Below the pieces are notes generated by a model that saw only the letters and a program-made list of their open reading frames with translations, had not been told where the DNA came from and made no database searches. The position numbers and the translations under genes are program-made. A DNA stretch of 64,000 nucleotides from an uncultured Chloroflexia bacterium. Its GTDB lineage: Bacteria; Chloroflexota; UBA6077; JACCZL01. The DNA is taken from contig CAVXYC010000021.1 of NCBI GenBank assembly GCA_963765765.1, positions 60,591 to 124,590 of the forward strand, in the 5' to 3' direction. Positions 20,415 through 31,024 of the stretch are shown here, piece by piece (the first letter of the stretch is position 1; each line of letters starts with the position of its first letter).

Positions 20415-21516
20415 TCCAACCCCTCCAGATACTCCAGGAGACTCCGTGTCTGCTCCTCGCTCATGGGGATCGATGGCATCTTGTTGCCCGGTTTCATGAA
20501 CTGCGCGTTCGTGGTCCATCCAGCCAGGGACTCTGGATCGTTCTCATGGATCCCGGCGCCCAGCGTTTGCCTGCTGGCCAGGTGCGTTAGGTCCGGGCCC
20601 TGGGTGCCGGTGCTTACACCGCGAACCGTATGGCACTCGGCACACCGGTCGGTGAAGATGCGGAGCCCCTCGGTCGCGGACGGTGTCGCGGGCGGGGCGG
20701 CGTCGCGCCGCTGTCCGTCAAGCCAGCGCGCAAACTCATTGGCCGGTTGTACCAGCATGCGCATATGCATGTGGGCGTGCTGCAGCCCACAGAACTCACT
20801 GCACATCCCTCGGTACTCGCCTGGCCGCTGGACTACCAGCCCAAGTGTGTTGACCTTGTTGGGAATCAGGTCGACCTTGCCCGCGATCTGCGGAATCCAG
20901 AAGCTGTGGATCACGTCTCTCGAAGTCACGGTGAGTCGGATCGGTATCCCGGCCGGAATGTGGACCTCGTTGGCAGTAACGACCTGCTCGCCCGGATATT
21001 CAATCTGCCACCACCACTGGTGACCGGTCACATGCACCGTGAGCTCCGTCGGGCTGCCGACTGCTTGCTCCGCCGCGGCAGCCCGCGCCTCCTCTGCCCG
21101 GCCGGTGTGCTCGTGCGCGACAAACGCGCCTGCTCCGCCCGCGCCGGCCACCCCTCCTACCTCGCGCAGCGTGTAGACCGTGTAACCGAAGGTGAATGCC
21201 AGGATCACGGCGGGGATCACCATGCCAGCCACCACAACCACCTGGTCCGCACCGGCCTCACTCTGGCGGCTGTCCGGTCGTTGCCACTCTCGCCCGCCGT
21301 GCCAGGCACTTTGCGCACGCTAAGAATGAGCGCGCCGAAGACCACAATGCAGACCACCGTAGCCAGACCAATCATTACCCAGCCGAGCTCGGCGATCCGC
21401 TCCGCTCCAGCTGAGCGTGGATCCAGCGGCGATGGCGCCCGGGCGCAGCCCGCGACGAGTAGCCCCAGTCCAAGGCCCGGGAGTCTCCGGGCGAGGCTCG
21501 CCCATCGTCTTGTCAC
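20411..21516 (-). CDS. ctaC: Cytochrome c oxidase subunit II with C-terminal cytochrome c (caa3-type; frameshift near 21240)
   Basis: Lipobox LVAGC, GHQWWW, DVIHSFW, CuA motif CSEFCGLQHAHM, heme motif CAECH, KPGNKMP. Confidence 0.92.
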
Positions 21517-21558
21517 CGAACACACCGCACGCCGCACCAGCGTGCGCAAATTTCGGAC

Positions 21559-22917
21559 CTATCGAGGCAGGGCGGCCATTCCGTCGTGCTCCGCCACGAC
21601 AACATCCTCGAGCTGCGGGTTCCGATACCGCTCCGACAGGCGTCGATAAGCGTCCGATCTCAATGCGATCACCGTCAGGACCAGCCCCACCACGCCGGAG
21701 GCTGTGAAGAGAAGGGCTAGACCGCGGTCTTTGCCCGTGCCAAACCACGGGCCGAGGAGATCGACGCCCGCCCCGGTGGTCATGAACGGAATGAAATACA
21801 GCTCCGCGATAGGTCCCATCAGGAACGCCGTGATCGGCGTGGCCGCCTGCTCAATGCTCTGCGCGAACCCAAAGACGCGCCCCTGACGCTCGGGCGGGGT
21901 CACCTTCTGCAGAATTGTCTGCTCGGACGCTTCCACAACAGGCATGAGACACAGCCAGCCGAACATGCCGACACCAAGCAGCACGATCGACGCCTGAAGA
22001 GTGAAGACACCGGCCAGCGTCCACATGACCACATTACAGAGCAGGAGTGTGCGCACGGGATTTCGGCCGAGGCCCTTTCTGGAGACGACCAATCCACCGA
22101 CGATGAACCCCAGGCTCAGAATGCCCCACAGGATTCCCCAGAGCTGCACGGACATCAAGAGGAGGCCGTAAGCATCCATGAGCGCCATGTAAATGCCGCC
22201 CAGGAAATTGTTGAAGGTCTGAAACAGAATGAGCGCCATCAATCCTGGCACAGCCAGAACAATGCGCAGCGTGCCTTTCGGATCCATTCCGCTGGCCTGC
22301 TCGTGATCAGCATCCATCGATCTGGGCGCGAATCCGGGAATAGACAGCGTTGCAAGATGCACGAGCGTGAGCGCCGTAACCACCAGTGCGCTAAGCAGCA
22401 TCCAGGCGGCGCCCAGGAACCCGATTGCCAATCCGCTCAGTACGGAGGCGAATAAGAAACCCACACCGTTGGCGGTGCCTACAAGGCCATTCGCTCTGTC
22501 ACGGGCATCCTCGGGGACCATGATCGTGACAAGTGTGGAGAGCGCGATGGAGCGCGCGTTCCCCACGATCGCACCCACCAACGTCAGCACGACGAACGTC
22601 CACAGCGTCGCGCTCGATGGATCCCTAAAACTCTCCGCTGGCGTGGACACGAATATCGCCAGCGCCAGCGCGTACAAGACCAGCGTGCAGCCGCTGGATG
22701 CCATCATGACTAGTTTCTTCGGATACCGATCCACGAGTGAGCCGAGGAAAAATCCCGAGAACGCCACGGTGACTGTGTACACCCCGGCCATAACCGACGT
22801 GGCGATCACTGATTGCGTCTCGAGATACACCCAGAATGTGACCGCGAACCAGACAAAGTTATTGATGAGGAACGCCGTCATCGAATTCACCAGGACGGCG
22901 AGAAAACTTCTTGGCAT
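21559..22917 (-). CDS. MFS transporter (DHA3-like)
   Basis: GSLVDRYPKK, RDRANG, QGRVFG; about 12 TM segments. Confidence 0.9.
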   Translation of the reverse strand: MPRSFLAVLVNSMTAFLINNFVWFAVTFWVYLETQSVIATSVMAGVYTVTVAFSGFFLGSLVDRYPKKLVMMASSGCTLVLYALALAIFVSTPAESFRDPSSATLWTFVVLTLVGAIVGNARSIALSTLVTIMVPEDARDRANGLVGTANGVGFLFASVLSGLAIGFLGAAWMLLSALVVTALTLVHLATLSIPGFAPRSMDADHEQASGMDPKGTLRIVLAVPGLMALILFQTFNNFLGGIYMALMDAYGLLLMSVQLWGILWGILSLGFIVGGLVVSRKGLGRNPVRTLLLCNVVMWTLAGVFTLQASIVLLGVGMFGWLCLMPVVEASEQTILQKVTPPERQGRVFGFAQSIEQAATPITAFLMGPIAELYFIPFMTTGAGVDLLGPWFGTGKDRGLALLFTASGVVGLVLTVIALRSDAYRRLSERYRNPQLEDVVVAEHDGMAALPR

Positions 22918-23083
22918 CGGGCAACCTTTCGGCCCGCTCTCCCGTCTGTCGGCGGCAGACCTCACACGCCGCGGCGTGTTGTACTCATTATTGAGACGAA
23001 TTCACTGGAGCCGGCTCGACACATGGGCGGGCGGTGCTGCTCAGAGCGAAACGCGCGGGTGGGACAAGGTATTCCCTGTGGAG

Positions 23084-23205
23084 GTGGGACAGGCGTCTCG
23101 CCTAATACGATTAGTTAAGTGATGGGGCATCGCTAGGACAGTCGTCTCGACTGTCCCGTGCACCCGCCGCTGGTCCTCACCGGACAGTCGAGACGACTGT
23201 CCCAC
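23084..23205. repeat. GTAG/GTGG-type REP doublet plus a partial unit
   Basis: ggacagtcgtctcgactgtcc (23136-23156) inverted at 23182-23202 and followed by cac; partial gtgggacaggcgtctcgcct at 23084. Confidence 0.7.
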
Positions 23206-23226
23206 CGTCAGCGGCCGACGCATGAC

Positions 23227-23892
23227 TTAAGACATTACGGCCGGCGGGGAAGCGGATTCGCTGGACCGAACACCAACACGTCGTGACAGTTTGCGCAACC
23301 GGGCAATGGCTTGCCGTCGCCAGCGTTCGCGGCAGCGGGCGCCAACCAGCAGAAAGCCCACGCGGCTCCACCAGTTGGGAAAGTCACCGGTCCGCCAGTG
23401 CGCCTGAATACGGAACCGTATCTCGCCCGTCTCATGGCGCTTGGACAGTAGGAACCACTCGAATCCCTGCTCGATGTGCCCATTAAGGGTGTCGTAGCGG
23501 TACCCGAAGCTGGTTCTCTGACCGTCCGTTTCGTCGCGTACAGTGGTCACTCTCACGCCATTCAGAAAGCGGAGGCCGAAGACTTTGATCTCGAGCAGCA
23601 TGTTGCGGCCCTTGAGGGGAGCGTTGGGGTTAAAGTGCCCCACCACGATCCTTCTATCCGAGAATCGATAACTGATGAGCGCGCGTCTGGCGTTGGCAAA
23701 GGGGCCCTGTTCAAGGGGAGGGCCAGGCGGCTCGACTGCAATGGGCTCGTCCACCCCGTCTACCGTCCAGCCGCGTTCAGGAGTCATCTGATCCAGTGGC
23801 ACATCGAAGTTCAACTTGTGGTTGCTTAGCTCACGCAAGCACGCCCGCAGTGTCTCCTCAGGCCAGGGGCTGCCAAACCGCCAGAGCGCCAA
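23227..23892 (-). CDS. DUF1990-like protein
   Basis: FGYRYDTLNGHIEQGFEWF motif. Confidence 0.7.
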   Translation of the reverse strand: MALWRFGSPWPEETLRACLRELSNHKLNFDVPLDQMTPERGWTVDGVDEPIAVEPPGPPLEQGPFANARRALISYRFSDRRIVVGHFNPNAPLKGRNMLLEIKVFGLRFLNGVRVTTVRDETDGQRTSFGYRYDTLNGHIEQGFEWFLLSKRHETGEIRFRIQAHWRTGDFPNWWSRVGFLLVGARCRERWRRQAIARLRKLSRRVGVRSSESASPPAVMS

Positions 23893-23895
23893 GCG

Positions 23896-25587
23896 CTACG
23901 CCTCCCCGTCTCGCGGTACCCACTCCACCAGATCCCGCCTCGTCGCGGAGCCTATTCCACGCTGCATGCTGGTGCCCGCAGCCACGACCTTCGCCCCAGC
24001 GGATGAGAACACCCCTCCCAGCTCAGCCAGACGGAGATCTGCCAGCAGTACGCGCGCGGCATTGGCACCGGCGGCCCCATGAACCCCTCCACCAGGGTGA
24101 GTGGCCGCCCCGCTCATATAGAGACCCTTTATGGGCGTCTGATAGCGGAACCAGCCCGGAAGCGGGCGAAATACAAGCTGCTGATCCAGCATGTAGCTCC
24201 CTGAGCCAATGTCTCCGCCAACCAGATTCGCATTCTGTGCGTGGAGATCGTCGGGAGTCTGACCTTCCGCGGCCAGCACAAGTCCACGGAATCCGGGAGC
24301 GTGCACATCGATCTCATCGAGGAGTCGCTCCAGGAAGGGTGCCCGCGCCTCTTGCCAGGTCCGCCCACGGATAGCTCCGGCGCTGTCTCCCGCGATTTGA
24401 GATGGCACGTGCGTCATTGCCCACAGCGTGTGCCGACCGTCCGGCGCACGTGAAGGGTCGATCAGCGTGTGAATTCCCGCGATAAGAAGGGGGTGAGCGG
24501 ACAGCATGCCGTTGCGCGAGTCCGTCACTCCCGTTCGTAGCTCTTCCACACTCCGCCCGAGATGAAAGGCCAGCGTACCGTGCAGCGCCTCGGCCCTAAA
24601 GTCAGGGAGTCCATCGAGGGCGCAGTGTACGGTAAAGACTCCAGTGCCCCAGCGAAATCGACGGACCAGCTTGACGAAGTTTCCGGGTAAGTGACCGGCT
24701 CCAACCAGATCACTGAACAGGCGCTTCGGCTCCACCGTGGCCAGGACCGCATAACGAGAGGTGAATTCCTCACCGCCCGCCTGAACGGCCGCGGCGCGCC
24801 CTTCTCGCACCACGATCCGCGTAGCCTCACGCCCACTCAGCACCTCGCCCCCGAGGGACTCGAGCAGCCGCCTGAGAGCGGTTGCAATGGCGCCCGCGCC
24901 GCCGCGAGGAATTGGCATTCCAACCCGCTGCGCCAGACCACACAGCATCAGTCCGAAGGCAGCGCCGCCGGCATCATCCGGCGAGAGGTCAGAGTGGAGC
25001 ACGCTGCCGGTAAGCCAGATTCTGGCGTCGTCCCCGCGAAACGTTCGTCCCACCAGAGCCGCTGCTGAGCTGCTCATGAGCTGGGCAAACTCCAGGAGGC
25101 GGCGCGGATGTCTCAGGAGCGGCGTACCACGCAATACTGGCGCCGGGTGGCCGATGGGGTTGAACAGCAAGCTCAGGAATGCTGGACCGCCCCACTCCCA
25201 CCAGTGCAATAGCTCCCGCCAGCCGTCACCGTCTCCGTGCATCGCTCGATCGAACGACTCAGCGCTCATCTCAGGCGTCTGGCCCAGGGCCACGCCTGGG
25301 CCCATTGGAGTGGCTCCACCGTAGGGTTGCGCTGAATGGCACCAGGTTAGACCGTGCTCGGCTAACGGCAGATCCGAAATGGGGCCCACGTGCGCAAGTG
25401 GATGGAACGCTGAGCAGATATCGTGACGGTACCCCGGCAGGGTCAACTCCGCCGTACGAGCGCCGCCGCCAATGACCTCGTTCGCTTCGAGTACGAGAAC
25501 GCGCAGTCCTTTCAGGGCCAGCGTGCAGGCGGCAACCAGCCCGTTAGGCCCGGATCCAAGCACGATGACGTCTGGATCGCCAGTCAC
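23896..25587 (-). CDS. Phytoene desaturase-family NAD(P)/FAD oxidoreductase
   Basis: GSGPNGL, HDICSAFHP, NANLVGGDI, GLYMSGAATHPGGGVHG. Confidence 0.9.
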   Translation of the reverse strand: MTGDPDVIVLGSGPNGLVAACTLALKGLRVLVLEANEVIGGGARTAELTLPGYRHDICSAFHPLAHVGPISDLPLAEHGLTWCHSAQPYGGATPMGPGVALGQTPEMSAESFDRAMHGDGDGWRELLHWWEWGGPAFLSLLFNPIGHPAPVLRGTPLLRHPRRLLEFAQLMSSSAAALVGRTFRGDDARIWLTGSVLHSDLSPDDAGGAAFGLMLCGLAQRVGMPIPRGGAGAIATALRRLLESLGGEVLSGREATRIVVREGRAAAVQAGGEEFTSRYAVLATVEPKRLFSDLVGAGHLPGNFVKLVRRFRWGTGVFTVHCALDGLPDFRAEALHGTLAFHLGRSVEELRTGVTDSRNGMLSAHPLLIAGIHTLIDPSRAPDGRHTLWAMTHVPSQIAGDSAGAIRGRTWQEARAPFLERLLDEIDVHAPGFRGLVLAAEGQTPDDLHAQNANLVGGDIGSGSYMLDQQLVFRPLPGWFRYQTPIKGLYMSGAATHPGGGVHGAAGANAARVLLADLRLAELGGVFSSAGAKVVAAGTSMQRGIGSATRRDLVEWVPRDGEA

Positions 25588-25631
25588 TGGTCTGCTCCTT
25601 CGTGCACGGTTGAGCTCACCGCGGCGCTATC

Positions 25632-25646
25632 GCAGTCGCCATGCCA
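25632..25646 (-). promoter_or_regulatory. Candidate sigma-54 (-24/-12) promoter
   Basis: Minus strand TGGCATGGCGACTGC = GG-N10-GC, 45 bp upstream of the oxidoreductase start. Confidence 0.35.
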
Positions 25647-25671
25647 GTGCTCCTTGGAATGCCAAATGTCA

Positions 25672-25687
25672 TGGCACGAGGCCTGCA
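25672..25687 (+). promoter_or_regulatory. Candidate sigma-54 (-24/-12) promoter
   Basis: TGGCACGAGGCCTGCA just upstream of the SDR ATG at 25702. Confidence 0.4.
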
Positions 25688-25701
25688 TCCGCGAGCGCGA
25701 C

Positions 25702-26649
25702 ATGCCAGCAAGGTACGCGCCGCGATCAATTGCACACGCCACCGTTGTGGTTACCGGATCCTCGAGCGGGATTGGGCGAGCAACGGCACTGGCATTTGCT
25801 GAGCGCGGAGCCAATGTAGTTGTCGCCGCTCGCCGAGAGGAGGCGCTAGAGGAATTGGCGGACGAGTGCCGCCAACGTGGAGGCCTGGCGCTAGCCGTTC
25901 CGACGGATACAACGAACGATGCGGCCGTCGATGCCCTTGCTTTACATGCGGAAGAGCGTTTCGGGCGGCTGGACGTGTGGGTGAATAACGCTGGTGTGTA
26001 TGCGTCGGGGCGCTTCGAGGACGTGCCGGCGGAGGTGTTTCGCCGGGTGATCGAGACCAACTTGCTGGGCTACGCCGCGGGAGCACGATCGGCTCTGCGC
26101 CAGTTCCGCCGACAGGGCAGCGGTGTCTTGATCAACGTAGGCTCTATCGGCAGTCGTGTCCCCATGATCAGCTTCAGCGCCTACACGGCCGCCAAGTTTG
26201 GCCTACTTGGTCTCACGCGAGTACTCCGCCAGGAGCTGCGTGGGACGGACATTCACGTGTGCGCCGTGCTACCTGCCTCCATTGACACGCCAATCTTTCA
26301 ACACGCCGCCAATTATTCTGGCCGAGCGCTGAGCGCGATGAGCCCCGTGTCCGACTCGGATCAAGTCGCGCGAACCATCGTGGGGCTGGCGGAGCGCCCG
26401 CGGGGCGTGCGAGTGGTTGGGCGGTCCGCCGGATTCCTGTCTCTCTTGAACGCCGTCGTGCCAGCATTCGCCGAGCGGCTCGTCACCTGGATGATCGAGC
26501 GACAGCAATGGAGGTCCATCCCAACCCCGCCCACCCCCGGAAACCTCTTCGAGCCTATTCCAGAATGGACGGGAACCAGCGGTGGCTGGAAACCTAGTGG
26601 ACCGCTACCAATCGCTCGCCGCACGCCCAATGCCGCGGCAGTGCGGTAG
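25702..26649 (+). CDS. Short-chain dehydrogenase/reductase
   Basis: TGSSSGIG, WVNNAG, YTAAK, IDTPIF. Confidence 0.92.
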   Translation: MPARYAPRSIAHATVVVTGSSSGIGRATALAFAERGANVVVAARREEALEELADECRQRGGLALAVPTDTTNDAAVDALALHAEERFGRLDVWVNNAGVYASGRFEDVPAEVFRRVIETNLLGYAAGARSALRQFRRQGSGVLINVGSIGSRVPMISFSAYTAAKFGLLGLTRVLRQELRGTDIHVCAVLPASIDTPIFQHAANYSGRALSAMSPVSDSDQVARTIVGLAERPRGVRVVGRSAGFLSLLNAVVPAFAERLVTWMIERQQWRSIPTPPTPGNLFEPIPEWTGTSGGWKPSGPLPIARRTPNAAAVR

Positions 26650-26756
26650 GCCCTGAGTCATGAAGCAAATTCTCAGCGATACGGTGTTCACTCGTGTCGC
26701 TATGGCCGCGAACGCTGGCAGTTTGGCAAGGGAGAGATGATGAACGGAGCCCCAGC

Positions 26757-27248
26757 ATGCGAAGTGGGATAGCTCATTCGCCGAACCTCAGGTCGGCCGG
26801 GGCGGGAGCTCTGGCCGGTTTCATTGCATCAGTGGTGCAGGTCACCGTTGGTCTGGGCATTGACAAGCTGCTCCTCCCGCCTGAACACAACAACAACATC
26901 GCTCCTCGTCTGATCACACGGATCTTCCAGAGGCAGGGCGAGCCGCCAAATACAGCGCGAGACTGGTTCTTGGGAACACTGTTCCACATCGGCTATGGCG
27001 TCACCTGGGGTGTTGTCTTCGGCCTGGTCCGGCGCTGGACCCGCATACCAGCGCCGCTTGTCAGCGTTGCCATGGGACTCTCGATCTACCTGATCGCCTT
27101 CTCGAAGATCGGCGCCGGCACGAAGACTGGCACTGAAGTACATCCGAAGTACCGTGATCCGCGGAAGCAGCTCTCGCTCATCGCAATCGTTACGACGTTT
27201 GTGTTGACTACGACCGGCGCCTACGAGCGACTGTCAGCTCGACCCTGA
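26757..27248 (+). CDS. Membrane protein (DUF1440-like)
   Basis: GALAGFIAS, FHIGYGVTWG; four hydrophobic segments. Confidence 0.6.
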   Translation: MRSGIAHSPNLRSAGAGALAGFIASVVQVTVGLGIDKLLLPPEHNNNIAPRLITRIFQRQGEPPNTARDWFLGTLFHIGYGVTWGVVFGLVRRWTRIPAPLVSVAMGLSIYLIAFSKIGAGTKTGTEVHPKYRDPRKQLSLIAIVTTFVLTTTGAYERLSARP

Positions 27249-27395
27249 AGCTCCTCACCGGGACCGCCGAGCTCCAGTGTCTCAGTACCTAATCGGCGGT
27301 ACACTGGCCCTGCACACTACATTGCACGTACACGGGAGCGACCATGCGGCCACATAGTGGGCCGATGCGATAAGGGGCGCTCACGGAGACGAGGT

Positions 27396-28817
27396 ATGAC
27401 GACCGTGACCAATGCTGCGCTACGCACACTGATGCCGATTGCCGGATGGACCGAAGAGCGCGCCGACACGGTGAAGATTACCGATGTCGCCGATCCCATT
27501 CTGCCGACGCCGTTCCGCATCGGCGAGACGAGCGCCGCCACCATCGCGGCGGTGGGCCTGGCGGTCTCAGATCTGTGGAAGCTACGCACCGGGCGGCAGC
27601 AGGATGTGGCGGTTGATACGCGACAGGCAACTGCCTCACTACGCAGCAGCCACTATTTAAAGATGGATGGCGCGGAGGTCTCCACCGAGCGTAACACGAT
27701 CATGGGCTTCTACCCGGCCAGGGACGGCCGCTGGAGCTACGTGCATGCCAATTTCCCCAACCATCGCGCCGCGGCGCTCAGCGTCCTGGGGGTGCCCGAA
27801 GATCGCGATGCCGTGCGTCAGGCGGTGGCGAAGTGGGATGCGCGAGAGCTGGAAGAGGCCATCATTGCTGCCAAGGGCGCTGGCGGCATGGTGCGCACCA
27901 TGGACGAATGGGCCCAGCATCCGCAGGCCGCGGCGGTCGCAACCCTACCGCTGCTGGAGATCGTCAAGATTGGCGACGGTCCGCCTGAGCCGCTGCCCGA
28001 CGGCAATCGACCATTGTCAGGCGTTCGGGTACTGGACCTTACTCGCGTGCTGGCCGGCCCCACCTGCGCGCGTACCCTTGCGGAGCACGGAGCCGACGTG
28101 ATGAAAATCACCGCGGCGCACCTGCCCAATCTCGGCTACCAGGAATACGACACCGGCCACGGCAAGCTATCGGCCCAGCTCGACCTGCGCCAATCAAAGG
28201 ATCTGGACACGCTACTCGGGCTTATCCGAGAGACCGATGTATTTTCCCAGGGCTACCGGCCGGGTACGCTGGCCGACCGCGGGCTCTCGCCGGAAGCTCT
28301 GGCGGAGCTGCGGCCCGGTATCGTCTTCGTCACGCTGTCTGCCTTCAGCCATCTTGGTCCATGGGCCTCCCGCCGCGGCTTTGACACGGTGATCCAGACC
28401 GTCAGCGGCATCACCAACCGGCAGGGCCAGCTCTTCCCGGGCAAGGAGCCCGGCCCGCAGTTCTATCCCGTCTCGGCGATCGATTACCTCACGGGCTACT
28501 TGATGGCCTTCGGCACCATCCTGGCTCTCACCCGCCGCGCGCGCGAGGGCGGAAGCTGGCTCGTGCGGATCTCCCTGGCCCAGACAGGTCGCTGGCTGGT
28601 GAATCGTGGCCAGGTTCCGGAGTCCGAGCTAACCAATGTCCCCAAGGACTTCACCCCTGAGGAGATCGAGCGTTGGTCAATGGCCAGCGACACGCCGGTT
28701 GGTCGCTTGAATCATCTCGGCCCAGTAGTGCGCCTCTCCGAGACTCCACCACATTGGGCCCGGCCAACGGTGCCGCTCGGCTACCACGAGCCGGCGTGGC
28801 CGGCGCAATCCACGTAG
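27396..28817 (+). CDS. CoA-transferase family III (CaiB/BaiF-like)
   Basis: PLSGVRVLDLTRVLAGP, LAEHGADV, QGYRPG, RRGFD. Confidence 0.92.
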   Translation: MTTVTNAALRTLMPIAGWTEERADTVKITDVADPILPTPFRIGETSAATIAAVGLAVSDLWKLRTGRQQDVAVDTRQATASLRSSHYLKMDGAEVSTERNTIMGFYPARDGRWSYVHANFPNHRAAALSVLGVPEDRDAVRQAVAKWDARELEEAIIAAKGAGGMVRTMDEWAQHPQAAAVATLPLLEIVKIGDGPPEPLPDGNRPLSGVRVLDLTRVLAGPTCARTLAEHGADVMKITAAHLPNLGYQEYDTGHGKLSAQLDLRQSKDLDTLLGLIRETDVFSQGYRPGTLADRGLSPEALAELRPGIVFVTLSAFSHLGPWASRRGFDTVIQTVSGITNRQGQLFPGKEPGPQFYPVSAIDYLTGYLMAFGTILALTRRAREGGSWLVRISLAQTGRWLVNRGQVPESELTNVPKDFTPEEIERWSMASDTPVGRLNHLGPVVRLSETPPHWARPTVPLGYHEPAWPAQST

Positions 28818-29039
28818 CTTCCGGTTGAGGCCATCGGTGACGGGCTCGAGCGCCTACACGGCGTGCTCGGCTCCCTCATAGAGCGCCTGGCCTTCCAGAA
28901 CCCCAAGCGCATCCTGGATGGCCTGCGACGGTACTCCCTATGCGCAGAGGGCACGCCGCTTGCACCCACGACCGGGTCCATCGGGAACGGCGCATGAGCG
29001 ACCGCGGCCGTCCCGATGAGCCCCGTCACGAGGCACATC

Positions 29040-29490
29040 ATGACCATGCGTCCAATCGCGTACCGTCTCCGCAATCTCGCCAGTCGCAAGCTCCTGGCCA
29101 ACCCCGGCGGCTCCCGCGACAGCGGCGCCAAAATCATCCAATGGGACGACTCGGGTGGCCCCGAGCAGGCCTGGACGCTCGAGCCCGTCCCGGGCGGCGG
29201 TGCCCAGCTCCGGAACGCGGCGAGCGGCAAGGTGCTGGCCAATCCCCAGGGATCCCGCGACAACGGCACGGAGCTGATCCAATGGGATGACCGCGGGGAA
29301 TCGGACCAGGTGTGGACGCTGGAGCCGGGCCCGAACGGCGGGATGCGGCTGCGCAACCAGGCCGAGCCGGAAGCTGCTCGCCGTGCCAGGCGCCTCCCAG
29401 GCGAATGGGACGGTGGTGGTGCAGTGGGAGGACACCAGCGGAGCCGAGCAGGAGTGGACCTTCGACCCGCCGCTGGGCAGTACGCGATAA
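29040..29490 (+). CDS. Ricin-type beta-trefoil lectin domain protein (frameshift near 29363)
   Basis: Three repeats RNxAS.K.LA.P..S..NG...IQW.D.G...Q.W; the third repeat continues in ORF 29287-29490. Confidence 0.85.
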
Positions 29491-29581
29491 GTCGCCCCCG
29501 GCCCGCTCGGTCGGGCCGCGTCGATGGAAACGCCCCGCCCCGGACGCAGGCCGCGCGGCCCGCGTCCGGGGCGGGGACGGC

Positions 29582-29794
29582 CTACTTGGAGCCGGCCAGC
29601 AGCGTGAGCGCCTGGGCGGCCCGAATGAACTTGTGCTCCGCGAGCTGGCGGATTGACTTGACGTTGAACGCTTTCTGAATCGCTTCCGCGTCACCTTTGC
29701 TCACGCCCTGCAGCGCGTCGATCGGCAGCTCCGCGAGCTCGGCGAAATCCTTCTGCTCGTGCGCTTTGTCCACGTACTTCGTGATGTCAGCCAT
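29582..29794 (-). CDS. Small hypothetical protein (70 aa, helix-hairpin-helix-like)
   Basis: MADITKYVDKAHE...PIDALQGVSKGDAEAIQKAFNVKSIRQLA; RBS aaggag. Confidence 0.75.
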   Translation of the reverse strand: MADITKYVDKAHEQKDFAELAELPIDALQGVSKGDAEAIQKAFNVKSIRQLAEHKFIRAAQALTLLAGSK

Positions 29795-29804
29795 GAGACC
29801 CTCC

Positions 29805-30300
29805 TTACCGTCCACCCATCATCTTTTTCATCGCCACGGCTGCGATGCCGGCGAGCGCCGCCTTGGCAATCGGGTTGGCGAGCGCCCCCTGGCCGCCCGC
29901 GCCACCACCAGCGCCACCGAGGAGCTGCCCGAGTAAGCCGGGCTGCTGCTGGTCCATCCGCCCGGTCACCTGCGCCAGGTAGTTGGGATCCTGAAAGCGG
30001 TCGTCGATTCCGTCCTGATTGAAATCCGGCACCTGTACATTCTGTTGTCGGGCTTGCTGTTGCAGGTACTGGCCAAACTGCGTGCGCTGCTGGGGTGTCG
30101 AGCCGGCTGAACGCCTCCTGGGCCGACTGCTGGTACATCTCCGGAGGAAGATGTGGAGCTACCTGCTGGTAGCGCTCCATCGCCTCCTGATCCGAGATCC
30201 CGTCCCAGGGAGCCCCGTTGTCGTACCGTTGCGTGAAGTCCTGGTACTGCTGCCGCTGCTGGCCGCCGCCCAGAATCTGCTCGAGTATGTTCATCCCCAT
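29805..30300 (-). CDS. Gln/Gly-rich hypothetical protein (frameshift near 30095)
   Basis: MGMNILEQILGGG...QEAFSRL joined to QQPGLLGQLLGG...NPIAKAALAGIAA; RBS aaggaag. Confidence 0.7.
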
Positions 30301-30403
30301 GATTGCTTCCTTTCGTTCGCACCTGCGGTGAACGCTGCTCACCAGTTACCGCTCGTCGCCGTCTCCGCTCCGCACGATGAATGCCCGAGTGTGCTGCGAA
30401 GGT

Positions 30404-31001
30404 TCAGTCGAGCGCCTTGCGCATGGCCCGTTCCAGCAGGTTGCCGCTGGGCTTCTCGTCCTCGGGCTCGCGGTCGGTGGGGTAGATCTCCCGCACCTGA
30501 CCGGTGTCATCGGGATCCTCGACGACCACGCGCTCGCGCAGCACCGTGTCCTCCACGAGCCGTGTTTCTCGACGCTGGACGTGGCGAACGCGCACGTGCT
30601 CTTTGAGCACCAACCGTTTGACGACCACAAGCTGCTCTTCATAGACGGGAATAACGGTCACGCCCTCGTCGTCCCAGGGCTCGACGCGCTCGGAGACCTC
30701 TTCTCCGATCGGGACCCGCTCCAGCTGCACTTCATCCCGTAATGCCTCGACTTCGAGGTGGGCCGGCACCGCTTCGACATCGCGCCGAACTCGCACGGTG
30801 CCCGCCGGCACGGTTTCCGTGCGTGCCGTCAGCTCCTCTTCCCGCAGCTCCATGGAGCGGGTTTCAACCGGCGCCAGCCGTGTCGGATTCGGAGCCTTCC
30901 TCGATCGTTCGACGGCGATCCATCGACGCGTTGGGGTCGCCTCGCGCGGGCGAGGTATTCTCGTCCTCGCGGTCGTCGTGTTCCCCCCGTGGTATTGCCA
31001 T
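30404..31001 (-). CDS. YsnF/AvaK (DUF2382) domain protein (probable frameshift near 30866)
   Basis: ELREEEL, IPVYEEQLVVVKRLVLKEHV, DTVLRERV. Confidence 0.8.
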
Positions 31002-31024
31002 GTGTTTTCCCCTGATGCGACGCA

